A stretch of 64,000 nt of DNA from assembly GCF_000026545.1 (NCBI RefSeq), contig NC_011601.1; one strand, written 5' to 3'. This DNA comes from Escherichia coli O127:H6 str. E2348/69. Lineage in GTDB: Bacteria > Pseudomonadota > Gammaproteobacteria > Enterobacterales > Enterobacteriaceae. This document shows positions 55,798-64,000 of the stretch, one piece after another (position 1 is the stretch's first letter; each line of letters opens with the position of its first letter). Below the pieces are notes generated by a model. It ran no database searches and was not told where the DNA came from. It worked only from the letters and a program-made list of their open reading frames with translations. The translations under genes were made by a program, and so were the position numbers.

Positions 55798-56466
55798 CTA
55801 TTTCACGGGAATGAACTTATCACCCTGCCAAAGTGCAACCCGTCCTTTGTTATCCGCCGTGTCCACGCGGGTAAAACGACGCGACTTGCCCGGCATCAGG
55901 TAGTAATTCTCTTTACACTCCTTACCATTGGCGGCTTTCAGGCAGGGGCCGTAGGCGAGGATCCGCAGCGTCGCATTTCCTGTATTTGTCAGGGAGCCGT
56001 TGGCGTACTGAAAGTGGTAGTTTGCCTGGCGGGGTGCGACGACCAGAATGGTGCCGATGCGGGCGGAAGCAGTGGCCACAGCGCTACGGTTGGCATTATC
56101 GCGCTGCGCATCACTGAGGGCCTGATCAAACCAGACAATGCGGTAGTAGCGCTCTTTTTCATCTGCTGGTCCCTTATAGAAGAAGCGGATCACTTCGCTG
56201 GCTTGGGCGGGTAGCAGCAAGCTGGCGGGAGTGAGTAGCAACTCATCCGGCTTGTCCATTGCGATAACCTGCCCGTCGTCAAGCGGTGAAGAGAGCCGTT
56301 CGAGACGGATATTGATGAGGCGGCCACTGTCGGTACTGTTTTGGATCGTTTTGCTTAGCGTGCTGCTGTCACTGTTCATAAACGATGATATATCGCCGAC
56401 ATCCAGCGCCTGGGCCGGTGATATTCCGGAAAACAGCAGAGCGAGAGGCAGAAGGTGCTTTTTCAT
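55798..56466 (-). CDS. ecpB: E. coli common pilus periplasmic chaperone EcpB
   Basis: Probable start [20 protein letters not shown]; about 222 aa. Confidence 0.85.
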
Positions 56467-56522
56467 AACAATTCCGTCCAGGAATAAAGCAGGGGGGTAC
56501 CCCTGCTGGTACATCAGAGAGA

Positions 56523-57110
56523 TTAACTGGTCCAGGTAGCGTCGAACTGTACGCTAACGTCGCCGCTCCAGATGCCTTCCGGTAGAGTGCTGTAATCGGT
56601 TACTGCGGTGGTACCATTGGTGGTGCCGCTGATGATGGAGAAAGTGAAACCATCCTGTGCGGTGGTACGATTGCTGGCATTGTAACCGTTAGCCAGTGGG
56701 CTAAGGTTGCCGCCCAGTACGCCGTTGGCGGTATCGATCATCACGGTATCGCCAGTTTTTTCGACTGCCGCGCCGTTATAATCCACGCCCACATTCAGTG
56801 TGGATCCTGAGGTATCCAACTGGGTTAAGGTGTTGGTGATAAGACGTGAGGTCAGTTTAAAGGCGGTAGCCGTTGAGTCACCCTCGATAGCCACGTCAAA
56901 TAGACCTTTCTGTGAGTTAAAACCTTTAATGCCTTCGGCATACTGGAACGCCAGGCTACCGAGTGGCGTCACAACCAGCTTACTGGTGGTGTCTTTTTTG
57001 GCTGTTGCTGACCAGGTCGCTACAGCCTGAGCTGTTACGTCAGCAGCCTGCGCTACACCTGTACCGGTAAACACCGTTACCAGAGCTATTGCCAGAACCT
57101 TTTTTTTCAT
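56523..57110 (-). CDS. ecpA: E. coli common pilus major subunit EcpA (MatB)
   Basis: 195-aa ORF with signal peptide [22 protein letters not shown]; Thr/Gly-rich pilin. Confidence 0.9.
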
Positions 57111-57183
57111 TGCTTTTCTTCCCGAGTTGAATTGAGGACATGAAGTCCCGGTGAGTCATTTTTAAAACTAACTTGCCTGGAGT

Positions 57184-57786
<603 letters not shown>

Positions 57787-58178
57787 CTATAATTTTTACA
57801 GGTACATTCAGTTTCTTTAGTAAATCGGAAGTAAATAAGATACGTAGCACATATCAATATAGGTTAAACGAGATTAAGTTTTAATTATTTCGATTAGGTT
57901 TAAATTTATGTTTTTTTCCTGATGAGTGTCAATATGTGAACAGAAAATGAATTCCATGGTTAAGTCAATATTTACAAAAAATGAAAATATTGCTTTTTTG
58001 ATAAGAAGAAAAAGACATTCAGTTTCATAAGGTTATTGGCAATATAACGTTCAATTCTTACTTGCATTTTATATTAGCCAGGAACTTTGCCCTGAGGTGT
58101 TAGGAATAGTCTTAATGTGTTGTGTAATGGACTAGTAAAAAAACAAGTTTAAATGATAAGAAATAGAATATAAAACTA

Positions 58179-58403
58179 TCATGAGTCATCATTAAAGATG
58201 ATTTGCCAATCAGTAAGGTGTTTTAATGGATTAACATGCCGCACAAAATGGTTATGGGTGTTCATCCCAATAAGTGATGAAAAATTAAACAGGTGTAAGT
58301 ACGTCATCTGTCCGGTAAGCCCCCTAAGAGCCAAATTAAGTGAAGTTAAACGAAGACTGCCAGTTGTCACAGGAACGATGGCCTCTTTGCCAGGGCACTG
58401 CAT
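58179..58403 (-). CDS. Hypothetical small ORF in AT-rich ecpR-ykgO intergenic region (possibly ykgL-like)
   Basis: 74-codon ORF only; no recognisable motif; position resembles K-12 ykgL. Confidence 0.25.
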   Translation of the reverse strand: MQCPGKEAIVPVTTGSLRLTSLNLALRGLTGQMTYLHLFNFSSLIGMNTHNHFVRHVNPLKHLTDWQIIFNDDS

Positions 58404-58809
58404 TCAGTCATCTGTGCGTGTTACTCTAACTGGCACTCGAACGTCGGCGATGGGGTTACCGATGGATCTGGCCGTTCCTGTGGCGTAAACGTTTTTATGT
58501 CAGTACCAACAGATTTACCACATTTATCATCTTAACAGTTTGAGTGTAAATGCAGGCTGCGTCGCAAAGGGAGGAAACTGAGTGGCGTGTTCAGTCTAAA
58601 ATAGAGTTGATGCCAGCATACAGGGCGCAGCTGGTCAACAAGTCAACATTAATATAATGGAATATTCGGAGAGAAACGTCAGGCAGTTGACCTTAAATGA
58701 ACAGGAAGATACATCCCCAGGAAAATTAATGCTGGTGTAATAAATACACCAACATTAATCCGGTCTGATTATTAATCAGACAAATATCGTTAATTCGTCG
58801 AATTTTAAA

Positions 58810-58950
58810 TCAACGTTTTTTCTTACGACCCTGAACGGCCTTAAAACGTGGATTAGATTTACAAATCACATACAGCCGTCCTTTTCGCTTCACAATCTGA
58901 CAGTCTGGATGGCGTTCTTTTGCGGTACGCAGAGAGTTAAGGACTTTCAT
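58810..58950 (-). CDS. ykgO: 50S ribosomal protein L36 paralogue (zinc-independent type)
   Basis: Reverse-strand translation [46 protein letters not shown]; lacks the full Cys/His zinc ribbon; start overlaps ykgM stop (ATGA). Confidence 0.85.
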   Translation of the reverse strand: MKVLNSLRTAKERHPDCQIVKRKGRLYVICKSNPRFKAVQGRKKKR

Positions 58951-59216
58951 CATGCCCCCTTTTTCGTGCTAACAAAACGACCAAAACGTTGGGTGAACCG
59001 TGCAACATTTCCTTCTGATGCCACTGTTCTCAGCTTCCCTGTATAGAACGGGTGCGATTTCGAAGAGACATCAATTGTTACGTACGGATACGTTACGCCA
59101 TCCAGCTCAATCTCACGGTCTGTTTTGATAGTCGAGCCGATTTTAAAGTACTCATCAACGCTGGTGTCGTGGAACACCACAGTACGATACTCAGGATGGA
59201 TATTGGGTTTCATCAT
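58950..59216 (-). CDS. ykgM: 50S ribosomal protein L31 paralogue type B (zinc-independent)
   Basis: 88-aa [36 protein letters not shown]... lacking CxxC zinc motif. Confidence 0.9.
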
Positions 59217-59224
59217 TTTTACCT

Positions 59225-59242
59225 GTTATGTTATAACATAAC
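59225..59242. promoter_or_regulatory. Zur box (zinc uptake regulator operator) upstream of ykgM-ykgO
   Basis: Perfect 18-bp palindrome GTTATGTTATAACATAAC immediately upstream of ykgM start, resembling Zur consensus. Confidence 0.7.
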
Positions 59243-59577
59243 CGTAAAGATACATGCTCATCCGGATCATTTCAACACCCAATCACTGTGACTATTTGTG
59301 GGATGTGGAATTTCCGCAACGGGGAAGTCTGGCATTGTTAGCAGCCATTGGCGACGCTCCCATAAACGCCTGGATGAGTGATTGATGATGGTTTCGCTGA
59401 GAGTATGGATTTTTCGAGAATGGAGGCTATCTCCACTTTACTGGCCGATGATTTATTGCAGCATGATTGATTACCTGACAATGTGTATTCCTCTCCCACG
59501 GATATAATAATTACTTACAAAAAAGGGAGAGGATGCATATTTTAAATATCACTGAAGTGAACAGTTTATTGCCGTTA

Positions 59578-59679
59578 TTAATAGAAATGGAGAAATAAAT
59601 AGGCGTATTCTACAATTGCGACAAAAACAACGATATTAATCAGTTTATGACTGATTTGCTGTACTTTATTCTCTTTCAT
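59578..59679 (-). CDS. ykgR: Small hydrophobic protein YkgR (33 aa)
   Basis: Reverse-strand translation MKENKVQQISHKLINIVVFVAIVEYAYLFLHFY; single TM helix. Confidence 0.6.
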   Translation of the reverse strand: MKENKVQQISHKLINIVVFVAIVEYAYLFLHFY

Positions 59680-60151
59680 TGGTACTTCCTCGCTTTAAAA
59701 AAGAGTGCACTTCGTAAGTGCCCTTATATAAATAACGAGTTTGGTCAACCAATTTTTTGACATGTATCACAAATTTGAATAGATGTATTACATCGGCTAT
59801 CTTTTATTGCCCCAACGTCATTGATATATGTCGCCTGAAATCAGTTACGGGAATGAGTCTGATCTCAAGACTGGCCCAGTCCTGGCGTTGATTGGCGCTG
59901 AGGAGCATATCGCATCTCATCGTAACGTCGTATCTCCTGGGGTGTTATACAAGATATCGTTGTAGGTAACCAGGGAGAGGAATTGAGTCTATTAAACCGT
60001 CAACTATGCCGGATACATACTGGATTACACTGCTGGCACGCCTTGCGAGAGAACGTGCCGCAGTGACGGGTTAATTATCTGAAAGAATTTGCGAGGCTGT
60101 ATCGGTTATTCATTGATTTGATAGTTTTACTCTCGGGAGAGTAATCGATAT

Positions 60152-61294
60152 TTAATCCATTAACGGAAACCAGCCAGTTCCTTTCGATGCCTGAATTTGA
60201 TCCCATAGTTTATCCGGAATGGTTAATTCAGGAATGTGTTGTGGATTAAGGGCTGTTTGAATTTCATGACTTCTACCTGATTCAGCTAAAGTCACCCATT
60301 CTGGATTTATCACCAGCCCTTTACCGATCGCAACAAGTGGCAGGCCAGCGGAAATTGCTTCTTGAGCCTGAGACGGTGTGCGTATTTTACCTGCGGCGAT
60401 TACCGGCACTCTGCCTGCAATATGATTTAAAATCAATTCAATAGTTCGGGGGCCATTTGGCGACTCAACAGGGTAGCTATCGTTAATACTGACCAGCGAG
60501 GTATGTATATACGAAATACCGGATGAAATGAGCCGATCAAGGAGTTTATAAGTATCCTCTATCCGCAGTCCCCCTGTTACAGATTCTTCAGGAGATATTC
60601 TGTAACCGATAGCAAAGGGCTTTGTCGCATATTCATAGACTACATTTTTTACTTCCTGTAATACGGCCAGCGGGAAGCGCATACGTCCTTCAAGATCTCC
60701 TCCCCATCGGTCATTACGCTGGTTAAATAGAGGGGAGAAGAAATTCTGCAGAAGGAATCCGTGCGCACCATGAAGTTCAACGCCATCAAAACCTGCTTTA
60801 ATCGCCCTTTTTGTGACATCTCCGAATGCTCTAATGGTTTCCTGAATTTCGTTTTCAGTCATTTCCCTGCTTTGTACCACTCTCTTCATAAAGTCACCAG
60901 ATTTTACGCTTGATGCGCTGGCACTAATAACATCGTTATTTGGCACAAGCTCCGGGATGGCTTTATTACCGGCGTGGAAAATCTGTAAAATAGCCGGAGC
61001 ACCGCCACTTTTTGCTGCAGCTGCTAACTTTTCAAGGCTGTTAATGAAACGGTCGTCATACGCGGCAAATTCATGAGTAAACCCAATGCCGCTTGGCGTG
61101 ACATAGGTGCATCCTGTTATTACTAAACCAACATTTTGTGAGCGACGTTTATAAAATTCGAGTTCTTGCTCAGAGATGGTTCCATCAGGATTAGCTGACC
61201 AGGTTGTCATAGGAGCCATAACGATACGATTACGTAGCTTTATTTTTTCTGTCAGCATAAAAGGAGAAAACAATGATGGGTGTTTATTTGTCAT
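60152..61294 (-). CDS. NADH:flavin oxidoreductase (Old Yellow Enzyme family)
   Basis: 380-aa ORF with OYE-like TIM-barrel motifs (APMTTWSA, HGAHGFLLQNFFSP); not recalled at this position in K-12. Confidence 0.75.
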   Translation of the reverse strand: MTNKHPSLFSPFMLTEKIKLRNRIVMAPMTTWSANPDGTISEQELEFYKRRSQNVGLVITGCTYVTPSGIGFTHEFAAYDDRFINSLEKLAAAAKSGGAPAILQIFHAGNKAIPELVPNNDVISASASSVKSGDFMKRVVQSREMTENEIQETIRAFGDVTKRAIKAGFDGVELHGAHGFLLQNFFSPLFNQRNDRWGGDLEGRMRFPLAVLQEVKNVVYEYATKPFAIGYRISPEESVTGGLRIEDTYKLLDRLISSGISYIHTSLVSINDSYPVESPNGPRTIELILNHIAGRVPVIAAGKIRTPSQAQEAISAGLPLVAIGKGLVINPEWVTLAESGRSHEIQTALNPQHIPELTIPDKLWDQIQASKGTGWFPLMD

Positions 61295-61465
61295 AACAAT
61301 ACCTCAAATGTTTATCTGATTTTAATGCGTATAATCTTAATAAGTTGAGTTGCTACTTTTTGATGCTTTTTTCTTTAATAGAATTCTTTTTGAGTAATTT
61401 CATTATTGTCGTGTAGTCAATAAAGGATAAATGTCAGGGAGATAATGAATCTCCCTGCAAGGTTA

Positions 61466-62386
61466 TTACAAATGTGTTTTGTAAAAAGGAATTAATTTAT
61501 CGAGCGCCTGTTTCACAGGTTCTGGCTTATCATACAGGTCGTAATGTGAATAACCTTCAACCACGACTAACTCTTTATGTTTTGAGGCAGCGCGGCCAAT
61601 AATTTCGCAGCCGTCACGGTAGGCACCAAATGCGCCCACTCTATCGCCCACCACAACCATTATTGGTTGAGTTAACAGGACTTCTGCAAGATGAAATGCA
61701 TCCCAACCCACGGCAACAGTCTGATGTGAGAATAGCGAACGATTTACCCCATTAGGTGCACAGCCTCGTGGCGAACGATAATATTCTGTGGCTTCAAAAA
61801 GGTCTATTTCTGTTAATTCCGCTTCAAGAGCTGCATCCGGAGAAGAGGGGAGTAAATCATCTACGCGAAGTTTTGCGCCGTTAGCTTCGTCTGTTCTTTG
61901 TTGCGCCATTGCTTCGAGTGCTCCGATAGGATTAAACGCTGTAAATCCCTCACGCATAAGACGCCCGTAGTTTGCACCCGTGACAGTACCAATAGCTTTA
62001 ATTCGACGTTCTGTCATTGCGGCATTAATGGCATATCCACCTCCACCACAAATACCCAGTACACCAATACGCCCGGCATCAACGTAAGGTAAGGTGGTAA
62101 GGTAATCAACGACAATGCTGAAGTCTTTTACTCGCATTGTTGGATCTTCCAGATAACGCGGTTCCCCACCGCTGCTTCCCTGAAAACTGGCATCAAAAGC
62201 AATGACGATAAAGCCAGCTTTTGCCAGGGCGGCACCATACACACTACCCGATGTCTGTTCTTTGCAGCTTCCAATTGGATGGGCGCTGATAATGGCAGGA
62301 TACTTTTTTTCACTATTAAAATCGTCAGGGAAATAGATATCAGCAGCTATATCCCAGTAAGTGTGTTTTATCGAAACAGTTTTCAT
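61466..62386 (-). CDS. Alpha/beta-fold hydrolase
   Basis: 306-aa ORF with nucleophile elbow-like GICGGGGY and hydrolase-like architecture. Confidence 0.7.
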   Translation of the reverse strand: MKTVSIKHTYWDIAADIYFPDDFNSEKKYPAIISAHPIGSCKEQTSGSVYGAALAKAGFIVIAFDASFQGSSGGEPRYLEDPTMRVKDFSIVVDYLTTLPYVDAGRIGVLGICGGGGYAINAAMTERRIKAIGTVTGANYGRLMREGFTAFNPIGALEAMAQQRTDEANGAKLRVDDLLPSSPDAALEAELTEIDLFEATEYYRSPRGCAPNGVNRSLFSHQTVAVGWDAFHLAEVLLTQPIMVVVGDRVGAFGAYRDGCEIIGRAASKHKELVVVEGYSHYDLYDKPEPVKQALDKLIPFYKTHL

Positions 62387-62542
62387 TTCAAGCTCCGGGG
62401 ATTTGCCTAAACAGATTTAAATATCATTTCTATTATCCGCAACTGGCATTCGTGTTCATATCGAGAACGGCGTAATAGTATGACTTGTATTGGTTATCAT
62501 CAATGGTCTAATATCTATCACAGTGTTAAGTTAAGGTTTACA

Positions 62543-63469
62543 ATGATGAAAATAGAGCCTTCAATTTTGCCTTCTCTTGCCTGGTTTGCGCTTATTGTTC
62601 GTGCCGGCAGTTTTTCCAGAGCCGCTTCTGAAATGGGTATTACGCGGGCCGCATTGTCCCAGAATTTAAAATCTCTTGAGGAACGTCTTAACACCAAGCT
62701 GATATACCGTACGACCCGCAATATGTCGCTTACTGAGGAAGGACAGCGTCTGTATGAAGTGCTGGTGTCGGCTTTGGGGCAAATTGATGATGCTTTGAAA
62801 GATGTTGGTGATACCCAACTTGAACCTACAGGCCTGTTGAGAATAAATTCCTCCCGTGTTGCAGCAAGGATGCTTATTGAGCCTCATATTGGCGAGTTTC
62901 TTACTCGTTACCCCAAAACAAAGATAGAACTCATTATGGATGACGGTTTATCTAACATTATTGCGGACGGCTGTGATGTGGGCATACGTCTTGAGCAAGG
63001 ACTGGATGAGCATATGACTGCCGTTCCTGTTTCTCCGCTTATTAAACTGGTTACTGTGGCATCGCCAGATTATTTAAAAGAACACGGTATTCCTGAAACG
63101 CCTCAGGAACTGAGTAACCATAATTGCCTTCGGTTGCGGCATAAAAGTAGCGGTGCACTCTCTGCATGGGAGTTTTCTAATGTTGCGGGCGGGAATGAAG
63201 AGTTCGAAATAGAGGTTTCAGGTAAGTATATTTCTAATGATGACGAAAGCATGATACGAATGGCGCTGAATGGAACGGGTATCATTCAACATCTGGATTT
63301 TGCAATCGCTGAACATATCAATGCGGGCAAGTTACAGCCGATTCTTGAGGATTGGGCCGTTTCATTTCCTGGGTTTTATATATATGTTTCATCACGGGTG
63401 AGAATGCCCTCTAAAGTTCGTGCTTTTATTGATTTTATGGTGGAGAAAAGAGTAAAAATAGAAAGTTAA
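62543..63469 (+). CDS. LysR-family transcriptional regulator
   Basis: Track ORF 62480..63469; probable start MMKIEPS at 62543; wHTH GSFSRAASEMGITRAALSQNLKSLE; divergent from hydrolase/OYE genes. Confidence 0.75.
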   Translation: MMKIEPSILPSLAWFALIVRAGSFSRAASEMGITRAALSQNLKSLEERLNTKLIYRTTRNMSLTEEGQRLYEVLVSALGQIDDALKDVGDTQLEPTGLLRINSSRVAARMLIEPHIGEFLTRYPKTKIELIMDDGLSNIIADGCDVGIRLEQGLDEHMTAVPVSPLIKLVTVASPDYLKEHGIPETPQELSNHNCLRLRHKSSGALSAWEFSNVAGGNEEFEIEVSGKYISNDDESMIRMALNGTGIIQHLDFAIAEHINAGKLQPILEDWAVSFPGFYIYVSSRVRMPSKVRAFIDFMVEKRVKIES

Positions 63470-63551
63470 TGATGTGTGTCAGAATATCGGTAAGAAGAAT
63501 GGCACAATCGTGAGGGTACGTTTATTCATAATAAATCTCCTGAAAGTTTAG

Positions 63552-64000
<449 letters not shown>

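Noticed and set aside
61788-62313. Short ORFs overlapping the alpha/beta hydrolase gene (61788..61970, 61898..62092, 62128..62313)
   Set aside because: Embedded in a well-supported 306-aa coding sequence on the opposite strand or another frame; no independent support.

Overview
This window reads as an Escherichia coli-type chromosomal segment, with gene order matching the K-12 map from yaeP/yaeQ to the ykgM-ykgO locus but differing from K-12 at several accessory points. All identifications are from reading the ORF translations, conserved motifs and RNA sequences directly; no database search was run, and K-12 comparisons are from memory. Core content: yaeQ-arfB-nlpE, yaeF, proS, tsaA, rcsF, metQIN, gmhB, a complete rRNA operon (16S, tRNA-Ile, tRNA-Ala, 23S, 5S, tRNA-Asp; rrnH by context), dkgB, yafCDE, mltD, gloB, yafS, rnhA/dnaQ, tRNA-Asp (aspV), yafV, ivy, fadE, gmhA, yafJKL, dinB-yafP, pepD, gpt, frsA, crl, phoE, proBA, tRNA-Thr (thrW), yagU, ykgJ, the ecpRABCDE pilus operon and ykgM-ykgO. 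The most interesting accessory content is: (1) an intact RtcB2-PrfH two-gene module (truncated in K-12), a candidate ribosome rescue/repair system; (2) a decayed island remnant at thrW holding an IS911-like IS3-family element split by a nested IS110-family element, whose 281-bp left end is a bridge-RNA candidate containing a 9-nt copy of the flanking target sequence; (3) a HicA/HicB-like toxin-antitoxin candidate where K-12 has rayT; (4) a Flag-2 deletion scar (lfhA'/'lafU). The window ends with a flavin oxidoreductase, an alpha/beta hydrolase and two LysR regulators that I do not recall at this position in K-12. No CRISPR array was seen.
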